From positions 76,729-140,728 of the IMG/VR virus record IMGVR_UViG_3300010413_000018: a stretch of 64,000 nucleotides of DNA, one strand, 5' to 3'. The position numbers and the translations under genes were made by a program. Source of the stretch: a virus. The notes under the pieces are model-generated. The model saw only the letters and a list, made by a program, of their open reading frames with translations. It was not told the DNA's origin and did no database searches. Of the stretch, positions 9,504 to 19,960 are shown one piece after another; positions within the stretch are counted from its first letter, which is position 1; every line of letters starts with the position of its first letter.

Positions 9504-10576
9504 TACACTGACCTCAATCTAACGGGTGCGGAATACATTAGAAGAATGTTATCGATACGCGGATCGCCGGTAAACGGGCCAACGCCTTGGCGTCCTAACG
9601 ACACCGGATTCACAAAAGAAATGGATTGGTCACGGGTCTTTTGCGATGTTATTCTCCACCATGCTCCGGTGCGCTCATCAGTTGGGTCAGCAGTGTAAAG
9701 TGAGGGTAGTTCTCGCATTGCCATCATTTTAGCCGCATGCTGAATGGCAAGTGGCGTCATACCGGTGGCAGAACCGTCGTAGTCAGTGTATCCAAATACA
9801 CCTTCAACCGTGACGTTTAATTGTCCGCGCGGAAACCAAGTCAGCCCAAACTTAAACAGCAGGTCGTCATCAAACGGCTGACTTATTTCAAGGCGTGGGT
9901 TTTCGCGATCGTCCGGATTTGTTAGGCCTTGTGTAATGTGCCGATTATAAACGATTATTTCACTGGTTGAATACGATACACCATCAAGTTGCACATCAGT
10001 TATTGATATAATAGGTTGTTCCAGAAGGATAGCTGGAGTGCCGGATCCGTCTAAGTTGAAGGTTAAGGTTCGTGGTTCGAACCATCTTCCGGTGTACCGC
10101 TCGATATCTTTTGAGACGCGTTGAATAATCGTTTCGAGGTATGAGTCTGAGTATGAAGTTGGCACACCCTCGTCACGGAGATCTTGTACCGTACAGTACA
10201 TGGTTTCTGTGCCTGGTGACCCGGTCGATTCGACAAGAACTTCAAAATCTTCCTCGCCAGTTTGATACGACGACGTCGATTGATACTTCCATCTCCAATA
10301 GATGCGGTAAGTTCCGAGGTCAGCTGAAACGTCTGGCGTCCATCCTTGTCCTTCAGTGTTGTCGTAGGCATAGTAGGAACCCTCCGCGAAGCGTCCAGGA
10401 GCGCTTGTGACGTCTTCCCATCCAGTTACCGGAAATACCTGAGTGCCTGGTAAGCCTCCCTCGATATTGAAGATTTGGAACTCCACCAGATACATGTCGG
10501 TTTTAACATTGTTGATGCTGATGAACCAATTTATGTTATCGGTAGTGTTTTCTTGTCCGCGCGGTATGGATGGCAT
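9503..10576 (-). CDS. Head-tail adaptor with extra N-terminal beta domain
   Basis: YCTVQDLR...IERYTGRWF...FPRGQLNVTVEGVFGY...PLAIQHA motifs of gp6/gp15-like adaptors. Confidence 0.75.
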   Translation of the reverse strand: MPSIPRGQENTTDNINWFISINNVKTDMYLVEFQIFNIEGGLPGTQVFPVTGWEDVTSAPGRFAEGSYYAYDNTEGQGWTPDVSADLGTYRIYWRWKYQSTSSYQTGEEDFEVLVESTGSPGTETMYCTVQDLRDEGVPTSYSDSYLETIIQRVSKDIERYTGRWFEPRTLTFNLDGSGTPAILLEQPIISITDVQLDGVSYSTSEIIVYNRHITQGLTNPDDRENPRLEISQPFDDDLLFKFGLTWFPRGQLNVTVEGVFGYTDYDGSATGMTPLAIQHAAKMMAMRELPSLYTADPTDERTGAWWRITSQKTRDQSISFVNPVSLGRQGVGPFTGDPRIDNILLMYSAPVRLRSV

Positions 10577-10591
10577 AGTGAACCCTTTCTG

Positions 10592-10870
10592 TTATGGTAG
10601 CACACCGTCCGGATCGTATGGACTGCCAACTACTGGAATGTCACCGTAGAATGCTTGAATTCTAAAACCCGTTTTGGGAGCAACATTGAACTGGAACTCG
10701 GTGTCTGATATTTCAGTGATACCAAAATTATCGTCGTCTACCGGATAAATCAACCCATTGACCACACCGCGTAAAGTTCCTGCTAGATACGGAGTGGGTG
10801 TAGTAAAGTTACGGTTAACGCCATCGACGTCACCAGTAACATCAAAAATACCTGAACTTGCATCGCTCAC
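10592..10870 (-). CDS. Small virion-associated beta protein
   Basis: GDVDGVNRNFTT...FQFNVAP domain seen in virion proteins. Confidence 0.6.
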   Translation of the reverse strand: MSDASSGIFDVTGDVDGVNRNFTTPTPYLAGTLRGVVNGLIYPVDDDNFGITEISDTEFQFNVAPKTGFRIQAFYGDIPVVGSPYDPDGVLP

Positions 10871-11754
10871 ACTTTCATTCTACCACTTTGTTTAGCTTCA
10901 AACACTTTCTTGGCGTCTGCATAACCTAGTGTCATCAATTTGCGATTTTTACTGGGAGAAAAGTCTAGACTATCGCCAAGAGATTTTTCCGGTTGAACTA
11001 CCGTAATATCGACCCACCGCTTATCATAAGCGTTACCTAGGTTCGCCGCCAGTTCATTGTGCAATTCTGCTTTTCGCAGGTCATCGCGACTAATTTCGCT
11101 GCACATAATATCCAGTACTCTTGAAACTTGTTCTAAGATGCTGGGATTGTTTTCTTTTTGAAAGTCAACTTTTTGAGGCCCACATGTAACTACAATTATT
11201 TTAGTAGCACCTAAGTCGAAGGCGGATCGTAACGGTGTGATATTTCTCAAGCCACCGTCGCTGTAAATTATTTCTTTTATTTTAACCGGTGAAAAGAAAA
11301 TAGGGAAACTGCTCGATGCTTGAACACCTTGTACGATGTCCGGGCTTTTTTCATTCCACGTAGCGCATTCACCGTCATTTAACGAAACACCGGTAATACG
11401 CAGTAGCTTTCCGGAACTGCGCAGCCGATCTACGTTCAAGTGCTTGTGTAGTAAGTTCCGCACTGGTTCAGTGTTGTAAACGCTGCCTTTCCAAAAAGCG
11501 GGTAAATACCACAACAATCCCCAGCACCATTTTTTATAAATCCAACTAGTATCAAGCTTAAGCCAAAGCTTTTCTAACTCAACCAACCCTGCGTATTCTT
11601 TACCGTGGCTGAACTGAGCTAGAAAAGCTGAATTAATTGCTCCTACAGAAACGCCGCAGTAAGCATCAGGACGATAGCATTGGAGAATGTAGTCTAAAGC
11701 GCCTACTTCGTAGGCACCATTCGCTCCGCCACCTGATAGTACTACTGCTAGCAT
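10867..11754 (-). CDS. Patatin-like phospholipase
   Basis: LSGGGANGAY, GVSVG nucleophile elbow and DGG motifs all intact. Confidence 0.93.
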   Translation of the reverse strand: MLAVVLSGGGANGAYEVGALDYILQCYRPDAYCGVSVGAINSAFLAQFSHGKEYAGLVELEKLWLKLDTSWIYKKWCWGLLWYLPAFWKGSVYNTEPVRNLLHKHLNVDRLRSSGKLLRITGVSLNDGECATWNEKSPDIVQGVQASSSFPIFFSPVKIKEIIYSDGGLRNITPLRSAFDLGATKIIVVTCGPQKVDFQKENNPSILEQVSRVLDIMCSEISRDDLRKAELHNELAANLGNAYDKRWVDITVVQPEKSLGDSLDFSPSKNRKLMTLGYADAKKVFEAKQSGRMKV

Positions 11755-11792
11755 TTCCGCCTCCGTGTTAAATTGTGAGTTTACTTACAGTA

Positions 11793-13292
11793 CTAATTGT
11801 ATCCGCAAACTTCTTCGACGCCAGTGTATTGCGTGCAGGTTCCGCTTGTTGAAGTATCAAGCGAGCATGCCCACATATATTCAGGACTGGCTTGATCCGG
11901 CCACTGATTCAAGTTCATCGTTACTCCGTCGCCGGTTCCGTACACGTCGGTGGAGGCGTCGTGTAAGCTTACCCAAATACAAGTAGTTGTACTCCAATCT
12001 CCCCACAGTCCATTAGTAGCGTAGAACGAATTATTGCTGGAATCTACTGTAAGGTCTTTACCTTCGCGGTACATCTTATTGGTTTGTACCCATGATCGCG
12101 CGTGCCAACTTCCGGATGGTATATCAGTAATAGTTCCAGAAACGTAGCCACTCCATCCAATAAATGAAAACGCAATCGCTGACAAACTTGGGTCTCCACC
12201 TCCACCGTCTACTCCTGCATCTGGATCGGCGTCAGTAGTATCTTGTGCTTCACTGGAATACGTGCTTATTTCATCCCCATCATTAACGGCAGCTATTCGA
12301 TAAATGTACGTAGTACTCGCGCTCAGACTGACATCAGTATAATCAGTGGCTTCTGCGTCAGTAGTAGTGACAACAGAATACGAACCTCCTGATTCTTTTC
12401 GCTCTATTTGGTAACCATACTCGCCGCTTGACGTGTCGTTCCATTCTAAGTCAATGCTGGAACTAGACGTTGCGGTAGCTGATAATCCGGTTGGTTGGTT
12501 GAGTAATACCAATGGAATAAATTCAAAGTCGTCTATAACTACTTCTTGCCAAGACGCAGGATCGTTGCCGTCCACTAACCAAAAATTTAATCGTGCATAA
12601 ATTGGTTCAGTAGGGCATGGGTATACGCCATCACCGGTGCGTACTCCATCCGCAATGTAAACGCCATCTTTTATTGAACTAAAAGTAATCGATGAAGGCA
12701 TCCAACTAAACGAATGCTCGATGGCTCCAGTTCCAAACGTTTTTAAACTGTGGTCAGCCGTCGACGAGCTATCTAGCCAGGTTACATACCATAAATTGTA
12801 ATCCGGTGTTGAATCTCCCCAGTCACTTATTTCAATGTCAATCTCGTAATTATCGTACGCTGGCACGTCGTCATAAGTAAACATTCCAAACACTACGTTC
12901 GGATCAAATGAATCTGGAGATCCGTTAGGCCCATTGTTCACGGTATATTTATAAATTCCGCAACCACTCACTGGCGTTTTAATTGAAACTGCTCCGTAAT
13001 GGCTTAGGGCGGATTTGTAGTTCATTTTCATATGTAGACTGCCATATGCGTCGACCCATATGTCTTCTTCGTCGCCGCACCAATAGTTCGGGCCAGGACC
13101 GGCTGTGTTGCCTACTGAGCAGTAACCGCTTTTCACGTCCCACGTATAACCCGCAAAGTCAATGGTATCCAGCACTACTGCTGAAGACGTTTTACTTATT
13201 GGATCGTTTTGTGGTAACTGTGCGCAGCTATACACAATAGTTAGTGTCATGCTTATTATTAGCATAAGCAGTATTTTAGTTAGGTGTTTCAT
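11793..13292 (-). CDS. Lipoprotein with GH16-like domain and fibronectin type III domain
   Basis: Signal peptide ending IVYSC; EIDIE catalytic motif; PTGLSATATSSSSIDLEWND...YIYRIAAVN FN3. Confidence 0.8.
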   Translation of the reverse strand: MKHLTKILLMLIISMTLTIVYSCAQLPQNDPISKTSSAVVLDTIDFAGYTWDVKSGYCSVGNTAGPGPNYWCGDEEDIWVDAYGSLHMKMNYKSALSHYGAVSIKTPVSGCGIYKYTVNNGPNGSPDSFDPNVVFGMFTYDDVPAYDNYEIDIEISDWGDSTPDYNLWYVTWLDSSSTADHSLKTFGTGAIEHSFSWMPSSITFSSIKDGVYIADGVRTGDGVYPCPTEPIYARLNFWLVDGNDPASWQEVVIDDFEFIPLVLLNQPTGLSATATSSSSIDLEWNDTSSGEYGYQIERKESGGSYSVVTTTDAEATDYTDVSLSASTTYIYRIAAVNDGDEISTYSSEAQDTTDADPDAGVDGGGGDPSLSAIAFSFIGWSGYVSGTITDIPSGSWHARSWVQTNKMYREGKDLTVDSSNNSFYATNGLWGDWSTTTCIWVSLHDASTDVYGTGDGVTMNLNQWPDQASPEYMWACSLDTSTSGTCTQYTGVEEVCGYN

Positions 13293-13309
13293 ACTTCTCT
13301 CCGGTTGGG

Positions 13310-13867
13310 TTAACGGGTATCAATGATTGCGTTAACCTCGTCAATGGTTGTGGCAGCGTTAATTGCTACCTTCAAATTTGTGCCGATGTCTATCTTGCCT
13401 TTTAAAGTTCCTAAGCCAGTAGCGTAAAAAGCAAGCATTGTCGCGACGTCTTCAACGTCATAGTAGGTAGTGTCATCTTTTGACATCCAACGAATTGGAA
13501 ATGGAGCGTTGGCTCCTGCAATTACGCAACCCATAATACGCGCTTGGGATTCAACAGACGCGGAAAATTTAATTCCTTCAAATTCAAAACCTTCATCAAC
13601 TAGTTCGCGCGTGCGCTTATCAATTTCTTCGCGCCGTTGGACCTTTAAGTTTTCCAGTACTTGAGGATCATGCGCGGCTATTAATGCATCCAGAGTAGCG
13701 GTTTGCTCAACAGAAAGTTCGTCAGCAAACGTTAATACCAACGATAACCCATCTTTTGAAAAAGCAATTCCTGCTGGGTCTGGAATGGTTTCTTCTGCTT
13801 CTAGCTGATTCAGCAAAAACGTAAAGTTAATGGAGTCTTTTTCTATGCTATAACTTGTACTATACAT
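13310..13867 (-). CDS. DUF4376-like fibre-associated protein
   Basis: GFEFEG...SQARI...IRWMSKDDT...LKVAINAATTIDEVNAI pattern. Confidence 0.7.
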   Translation of the reverse strand: MYSTSYSIEKDSINFTFLLNQLEAEETIPDPAGIAFSKDGLSLVLTFADELSVEQTATLDALIAAHDPQVLENLKVQRREEIDKRTRELVDEGFEFEGIKFSASVESQARIMGCVIAGANAPFPIRWMSKDDTTYYDVEDVATMLAFYATGLGTLKGKIDIGTNLKVAINAATTIDEVNAIIDTR

Positions 13868-14609
13868 AACGCCGTACCTTCATGGAGCGCGCCTCGGCTA
13901 TTACTTTGCGCCCTCTGTATGCCCACCATCTCATGCTAATGATTTGTCCTACTTGTAAGTTTGGAATACCAGCATCGGTTTGTACTGCAACGTACGATTC
14001 TGCTTCAACAATACGCCGTGTTTCAGGTAACATTTCATCATCCACGTAAATTGCTACAAATACAGTTTCAGAACTTTTCAAGCATGCAAACTGTCCGTTG
14101 AATTCTACTTCATAATTACCCGCGATTTCAACAAGTTTTTCCATCCCATACATTAAGATCGGTTCTGTTGATTTAGTGTAAATCAATCCGGTTTCTACGA
14201 TGCGTTCTGGAGTAAAAATAATTGTGCCTGCTCCAACGAATATGACGTTAGATGATTTAACTTTCTTTTTTCGCCACCCGTCTTCACTATCTTCTACTAA
14301 AAAAATGTCGTCTTCGTCTACCAGTTCTTTTTCCGGTGCATCGTTGAAACTGTAAATACTAGCAGTGCTAACCACTGGCATTGCAACATTTAGCGATTCA
14401 TCTTGAGAAAGGTCACGCGAACCGTCATTTAAAATGCACTTCCCAGTTGTAATGTAAGCTTGTAATTGTGGATCCGCTTGAATCTCATACACTTTGTTGG
14501 TAGCAGTTAGGTCAACATCAACACCAGGTAAAAGCGTGCGGTTTTCTACGTTTAAATTGTCAATAGGAAGCGCAGCTGCCGTGACGTTTCGCACAATAAT
14601 AGTGGCCAC
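13860..14609 (-). CDS. Hypothetical virion/fibre protein
   Basis: Coupled ORF; DDIFLVEDSED...KKKVK fibre-type repeat; beta-rich C-terminus. Confidence 0.6.
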   Translation of the reverse strand: MATIIVRNVTAAALPIDNLNVENRTLLPGVDVDLTATNKVYEIQADPQLQAYITTGKCILNDGSRDLSQDESLNVAMPVVSTASIYSFNDAPEKELVDEDDIFLVEDSEDGWRKKKVKSSNVIFVGAGTIIFTPERIVETGLIYTKSTEPILMYGMEKLVEIAGNYEVEFNGQFACLKSSETVFVAIYVDDEMLPETRRIVEAESYVAVQTDAGIPNLQVGQIISMRWWAYRGRKVIAEARSMKVRRYV

Positions 14610-14610
14610 G

Positions 14611-15324
14611 TTACACCCTCCATCTTATTTCTAAATCCACGGATGCGTATTGAGTTGGGTTCCCTCCGGCTTTATTACGTACCGCGATTATGTCTCCTTG
14701 CTCAAAATCGCCATCAAGGTGATTATAGAAACCACTTATTTCGGTGGACGCGAGTTCAGCTATTGGATTGCCTGATGCTGTTACTTCAAACGTTGCAGCA
14801 ACAGGTGTGTCCCGCGTGTAATTTATTGAAACTACTGTTCCTTTATACTTGGCTGCGAGACCTCGTGTAGCTGACATTGCACGCCCATCACTGCCGCGAT
14901 AGTACGCACCCGCTGCCGTGACACCATTTCGTTCAGCGTGAAGTTGAAATGTAACTGTTGATAGCCACTTTCCACACACTATATCGTACTGCATTTCCAT
15001 GCCGATTAACGTGTTAAAGTATCGATCGCCATCTTCACCTTCTTCCGGATCCGCTTCAGAATCTGGGTAACGGCGAGAAGTGTGTTTGGGCGTTAAACCA
15101 GCGACTACTACTGCGGCTTTTTCTGCTTCTGTCATTTCTATAAAATAGGCGCTTGCAATTTTCTGGTAGCATAACAGCACGTTTTTTACTGGAGTGGCGC
15201 TCCAATCAAGTGGAACGATCGTATTTTCTGCCGGATCATAGTCGTTTAAAAAATCAGAAAAACCATACCGTAGCACGGCACCGGTTACAGTATGAATTAC
15301 AGCATTTCGATTATCAGTAGGCAT
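14611..15324 (-). CDS. Hypothetical virion/fibre protein
   Basis: DGDRYFNT fibre-type motif; coupled ORF. Confidence 0.6.
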   Translation of the reverse strand: MPTDNRNAVIHTVTGAVLRYGFSDFLNDYDPAENTIVPLDWSATPVKNVLLCYQKIASAYFIEMTEAEKAAVVVAGLTPKHTSRRYPDSEADPEEGEDGDRYFNTLIGMEMQYDIVCGKWLSTVTFQLHAERNGVTAAGAYYRGSDGRAMSATRGLAAKYKGTVVSINYTRDTPVAATFEVTASGNPIAELASTEISGFYNHLDGDFEQGDIIAVRNKAGGNPTQYASVDLEIRWRV

Positions 15325-16482
15325 TTAGCAAAAATCCCAAAATCCTTTTGCCCAAACTGTAAGAGCACAGCTTGCGCTGAAGTTAATGTATTGAATGTAG
15401 CGGGTGGTGGATGCCCAAATCTTAAATACTGCGGCAGAAGTTGCGCTGTTACCATTGGCTCCAGCATAAATGATAAATGGTGGATCGCCTTGCGACGAAT
15501 CTTTATTTCGCATCGCCGCGCTCTGATCATAATTCGCCGCCGTATAACGACACATTAAATAAACAAACAAGCCGGTTGGAGGAATACGAGCGCCAAGATA
15601 AATATCAGTCCATGAAGTCGCAGCACCGTTTGTTAGCATTTCAATATTGTCTTCATCTTCTTCATCGTACGAGCAGTAACGTTCTCGTCCTAGGTCGCTC
15701 TTGTAATCAAACATAAAAAAGTCGCTGCTACCATTGTTTATTACGCTGCCAATTCTACGGTATTTTGTGTACCCACTCGGTAACGTCGGTGATGTTGAGC
15801 TTAGGCTAAGCAAACCGGCATAAGTGGTGGTGGTCGGATTGTAAATCACGTAGATATAGTACCAATACCACGCGCCCTCACTACCCGTGTCGAGTCCATT
15901 GGCTCCAGATTGTGAAATGTCTACCGTTAGCGTAGATGTTAAAACCATATTAAACGTGTCGGCTTGATCGCGACATACACCTGCCTCAATATCGATTTGG
16001 TAAGCAGGATTTGACGCATTATTGTACGTCTTAAAGCCGTACATGTAGCCGGTCGGAAAAACAGTTTCCCCACCCCCAGCTCCTGGCGGTTCCGCCCAAT
16101 TACCATCAGCGCGTAAATAATTTGTAGTGCCTCCTCCTAGCTTCGGCAGTAAACCGTGGGCACTGGTTGAAGCATTAAGATCTGTATTGTCGTCGGCTGC
16201 AGCAAGATCATCAATTTTTATCGCGTCGCCACCGCCACTTTGATGGGTGGATGCATGAGCACTTACGTCTGCAGTTACATCGTCCCATGCGTCGTTCGCA
16301 TCATTGCGCCGGTATAATTTGTCTTCGTCAGATCGCCAGAACAATTCTTTAGCGGTAGGAGTGCCTGGAAAACTGGTACCGCTAGGAACAATCAGTGTTC
16401 CGCCGTTATCTCGATCAAAAATGTACTGGCCGGTTATTGTTCTAGGCGTTGAGCTGTCGATAACTATGTATGAAACTGGCAT
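15325..16482 (-). CDS. Fibre-like structural protein
   Basis: HASTHQSGGGD, GLLPKL...YLRADGNW, GANGLDTG and PTLPSGYT..RRIG motifs common in phage fibres. Confidence 0.7.
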   Translation of the reverse strand: MPVSYIVIDSSTPRTITGQYIFDRDNGGTLIVPSGTSFPGTPTAKELFWRSDEDKLYRRNDANDAWDDVTADVSAHASTHQSGGGDAIKIDDLAAADDNTDLNASTSAHGLLPKLGGGTTNYLRADGNWAEPPGAGGGETVFPTGYMYGFKTYNNASNPAYQIDIEAGVCRDQADTFNMVLTSTLTVDISQSGANGLDTGSEGAWYWYYIYVIYNPTTTTYAGLLSLSSTSPTLPSGYTKYRRIGSVINNGSSDFFMFDYKSDLGRERYCSYDEEDEDNIEMLTNGAATSWTDIYLGARIPPTGLFVYLMCRYTAANYDQSAAMRNKDSSQGDPPFIIYAGANGNSATSAAVFKIWASTTRYIQYINFSASCALTVWAKGFWDFC

Positions 16483-17106
16483 CTAACTTCTCACACAGGT
16501 GACTGATTGAATTTTTCCGCTACTGTAAGTGTATGTGTACGTAAGTGTTTCTACCAAAGTTCCTGCACCGTTATATTGCTTGGTCGTTTCTGTAGCAACA
16601 CGACCACTTGAATAAGTGTAATCGTACTCACGTATCTTTAAAGTTTTACCAGAATTTGTCCAAACAGTCACATTGCTGATTTCGTTGCCGTTGTAAGTGT
16701 ATTCTTCGTAGTAGTCTTCATCTAACTCATGCGCTAACGTGTCGAGGGTACGATGATTGTCTGCCGACAGTTTATCGGTTAGGTCGATTTCACTGCCGGC
16801 AGAATCCGGAATCCAGAATAACCCATCGTCGCCAGTCTTTTTGTAAAGACGCCCTTCACCGTCTGACGGATTGCCAGGCGCAGAAGTGTCTTCCAGCTCG
16901 ATATAACCATCAATACGGCTATCACCGAGCATATGCGCTAATGCGCTGGTTGAACCAATCTGAAGCTCCTCGCCAGCACCTAACGTTGAACCTATTACTA
17001 AGTCACCAGATGCTTGCTTTCTCTCGAACGCGTCTGCCTGCAAGGCCTCATCATTAGCTACTTGCGCCAGGAAACCGTCAGATCCGAGTATTAGTGCGAG
17101 TGCCAT
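16483..17106 (-). CDS. Structural protein; N-terminus paralogous to 18053..19924, YTY-repeat C-terminus
   Basis: Visual alignment; EYTYNGN / DYTYSSG / TYTYSSG repeats. Confidence 0.65.
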   Translation of the reverse strand: MALALILGSDGFLAQVANDEALQADAFERKQASGDLVIGSTLGAGEELQIGSTSALAHMLGDSRIDGYIELEDTSAPGNPSDGEGRLYKKTGDDGLFWIPDSAGSEIDLTDKLSADNHRTLDTLAHELDEDYYEEYTYNGNEISNVTVWTNSGKTLKIREYDYTYSSGRVATETTKQYNGAGTLVETLTYTYTYSSGKIQSVTCVRS

Positions 17107-18005
17107 TATTTGCCAATTTTAAACCTCTTCCCAACTTGTTCCGGTGCGTAACGGCAAATAACGACTTTGTCTTTCGCTAGAATGTTCGTGATCGCATACC
17201 CTTCAGGCAGCTGTGATTGCATCAAGTCGAGAACTTCGTTTACTGCTATTTCCATGTCCGCTTGCGCGGCTTGATAGCGTTCGTTGGCGCGTAGAGCTTG
17301 CGCTATTTCCATGTTCAGTCGACGTTGAGCTTCTTCTTTTGCTTTAGTGCGTATCGGATTGGCGATGTTTGCCATGGCCAATTCAGACGCTTGCACTTTG
17401 TACGCTTGCAAATCTGGAAGAGTTAGTTGGATGACTGGATTCTCGCCGTCATTTTGACCTTGTACCGCTTGCTTTGGGATTAACGGTTGAACGGTAGCTG
17501 GTTTATTTACAGCTACTGGTGAGGGTTGAATTGGAGGCGCAGCCGCTATTTTAGGCTGACCAGTCGGTGGTGACGGTGGTTTGACTTCAGCTTTGGGCTT
17601 TACAGCGCTCGCAATAGGCGTGATGTTGCCTATTTCCGCAGCTCTATTTGCCATTTCACGTCGTCTGGCACGTTCTTCCATTTCGCGCTTTTTTCTTTCT
17701 AGGCGCGCTTGCCGCGCTGCATCTCGATCATCGTCACCGTTTTCAGGTTCCGGAGGTTCACTCATCGGTTGAACAACTGGCTGAGCAACTTGCACAGGAG
17801 CGGGCTCTAAAGGTGTAAGTTGCTCAGCTATTGGTTGAGTGGGTTCCGGGTCTAACGCCGTTTGTTCGTCAGCAGCCGTATCCATTTGAAGTTGCGGCTC
17901 TTCTACTTTCTTTCTACGTGTGTACTTTCTCTTCGGCGCGGTAGACGTTTTAACACTCTTCTTTTTAGTTGTTGCTTTTTTAGTTCTGGCTTTCTTTTCT
18001 GGCAT
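17106..18005 (-). CDS. Hypothetical protein with basic and Pro-rich low-complexity N-terminus
   Basis: Good RBS (AAGGAAAGGA); coupled to the next gene. Confidence 0.7.
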   Translation of the reverse strand: MPEKKARTKKATTKKKSVKTSTAPKRKYTRRKKVEEPQLQMDTAADEQTALDPEPTQPIAEQLTPLEPAPVQVAQPVVQPMSEPPEPENGDDDRDAARQARLERKKREMEERARRREMANRAAEIGNITPIASAVKPKAEVKPPSPPTGQPKIAAAPPIQPSPVAVNKPATVQPLIPKQAVQGQNDGENPVIQLTLPDLQAYKVQASELAMANIANPIRTKAKEEAQRRLNMEIAQALRANERYQAAQADMEIAVNEVLDLMQSQLPEGYAITNILAKDKVVICRYAPEQVGKRFKIGK

Positions 18006-18052
18006 AACGGTCCTTTCCTTCCCTTTTGGAAACGTTATTTATGGGTTACTGA

Positions 18053-19924
18053 TTATCCACGAATGATCGTGGGTCCGGGATCCAAGAAGAACTGCGTGGA
18101 CGTAAAGGCCCAACCCAAACGCTTGAACGCATCTCCCGCATCCGACGGCGCCGAACCTAACGCAACCGGTCGGCCGGTTCCATCGGGTCCAAATAGAGCC
18201 GCAGCAGCGGTGAACGAAGCACCCGAGTCGGTAACCAAGCTGCCCGGCATGGCTATTTCCGCTCGAACCGTACCACCCGCGTCACCGGTTCCGCCCGTAA
18301 GCGCAATACCGATAAACTTCGAGTTGGTGTTCGCGTTGCCGTTCCATTGAGTGATCCGACCAGAAGTCGAAGACTGCGCCAAGCAGTCACCGGCCGTAAT
18401 CGTTACACCGTTTTCAATCGGCAGTTCTTGAGTCGCGCCAGTAGCAACAACCGAAGCCAACGCATTCAAAGCACCGATGATGCTCGTAATGCCTTCAAAA
18501 ACTTCGCCAGTGCCAGTCGCGTCGAGGGTACGATCGCCAGTTTGTGACAGCGTAATACCGCTGTTACCAACGTCGTCTAGTACTAGTTCGCCAGCTGCTG
18601 AATCCAAGCTGAGGTTTCCAGCCGAAGTCGAAATGGCTGAAGCAGCTCCGCCCGAGATGTCAAACCCACCAGCACCCGCGTTCAGGTCGAGCGCGATCGC
18701 GTTGAGTTCAACTTCAGTTGAGGAACCGTTACCAACAACGATGGTTCGCGCTGCAGCGCCAGTACCAATGTTGATGTTCTGTGCTACTGCGTCAGCGCCG
18801 ATGCTTATTGCTCCACCGGAACTTTCAATGGCGATAGCGCCAGTTGCGTCTATTTCGATGGTAGAAGCGTCTACGTCTAGCAGAGCCGCTGACGAAATTG
18901 CCAACGTTCCTAAAGTCGTGGTTGACAAAGTCAATCCAGCACTCGCAACCGTGAAATAGGAAGCTGCCGCAGCATCCAGCTCGATTCCGCCAGCTGCACT
19001 TACGTCTAACTTCCCAGCACCCGCTGCAGTGATCGCAACGTTCTGGCCGCTGGTCGGAGTAAGAGCAACCGCACCTGCACCGTCAACTACCATCACGCTG
19101 GAACCGCCGTCTTGCACGTCGAGAGCGTTGCCGCTTCCGCCGTTGTCGATTTCCACGCCAGTGCCAGTCGCGTTGGCACCCATGGTAACCTGCAAACCAA
19201 TACCACCAGTTGACGAAGTCGGAGTACGACTAACGGTCAACACGGTCGTGGTGTCACTATTGGTGTCGTTAGCGAAGTCGATGGTGCCTTCCGCCGACGT
19301 TACGTCGATGGTGCTACCTGCTTCGTACGCAGTTTGCAAAGTGTCCGCACCCGCTGCCGTAATGGCCGCGTCCAACTGGTCTAGTGCAGTCATCAGGTCG
19401 GTCGCTGTTACATTTGCTAGTAGCGATGGATCAACGCCTATTGAGTAGGCACCACAGTTTGTACCAGAGGCTGCCAAGTTATACGCTGCATTGTCTGGCC
19501 CATTGTCGTTGACGGCAACTAGCCACAACGCCGATAGGTAATCGGTTACCGAGCTACCTATTGAGACAAGACCAGCACCAAGAACAAGGTTTTCTTCCAA
19601 GTTCACAGTGTCGCCAGAACCCGAACCGAGATTGATCGTGTCGTCGCCGGAACCTAGGTTTACGTTACCATTCGCAGTAAACGTACCCGTTACGGTTTCG
19701 TTGGTTGATACGATTTCGGATCCGTCAACAGTCAGGTCACCCATGACGCGGACAAGTTCGCCGGACTTACCTAGTTGCAGTTCGTCGCCTGCTCCTAGGT
19801 TTGCACCGATCGTCATATCCGCGCCAGCAGTGCGCTGGCTAATTACGTTTACGTCAAGGTCGTCGCTAGTTCCTAGCTGTGCGACATACCCAGTGGTGGT
19901 ATCTAATTTTAATGCAATGGCCAT
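18053..19924 (-). CDS. Gly/Ala/Ser/Thr-rich head fibre or decoration protein with capsid-cement-like C-terminus
   Basis: 623 aa beta-rich; C-terminal ITAGDCL...FIGIA...RLGWAF domain. Confidence 0.65.
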   Translation of the reverse strand: MAIALKLDTTTGYVAQLGTSDDLDVNVISQRTAGADMTIGANLGAGDELQLGKSGELVRVMGDLTVDGSEIVSTNETVTGTFTANGNVNLGSGDDTINLGSGSGDTVNLEENLVLGAGLVSIGSSVTDYLSALWLVAVNDNGPDNAAYNLAASGTNCGAYSIGVDPSLLANVTATDLMTALDQLDAAITAAGADTLQTAYEAGSTIDVTSAEGTIDFANDTNSDTTTVLTVSRTPTSSTGGIGLQVTMGANATGTGVEIDNGGSGNALDVQDGGSSVMVVDGAGAVALTPTSGQNVAITAAGAGKLDVSAAGGIELDAAAASYFTVASAGLTLSTTTLGTLAISSAALLDVDASTIEIDATGAIAIESSGGAISIGADAVAQNINIGTGAAARTIVVGNGSSTEVELNAIALDLNAGAGGFDISGGAASAISTSAGNLSLDSAAGELVLDDVGNSGITLSQTGDRTLDATGTGEVFEGITSIIGALNALASVVATGATQELPIENGVTITAGDCLAQSSTSGRITQWNGNANTNSKFIGIALTGGTGDAGGTVRAEIAMPGSLVTDSGASFTAAAALFGPDGTGRPVALGSAPSDAGDAFKRLGWAFTSTQFFLDPGPTIIRG

Positions 19925-19960
19925 CTTTTACTTTCTCCTTAGTGTGTGCCTTGGTTAGGA

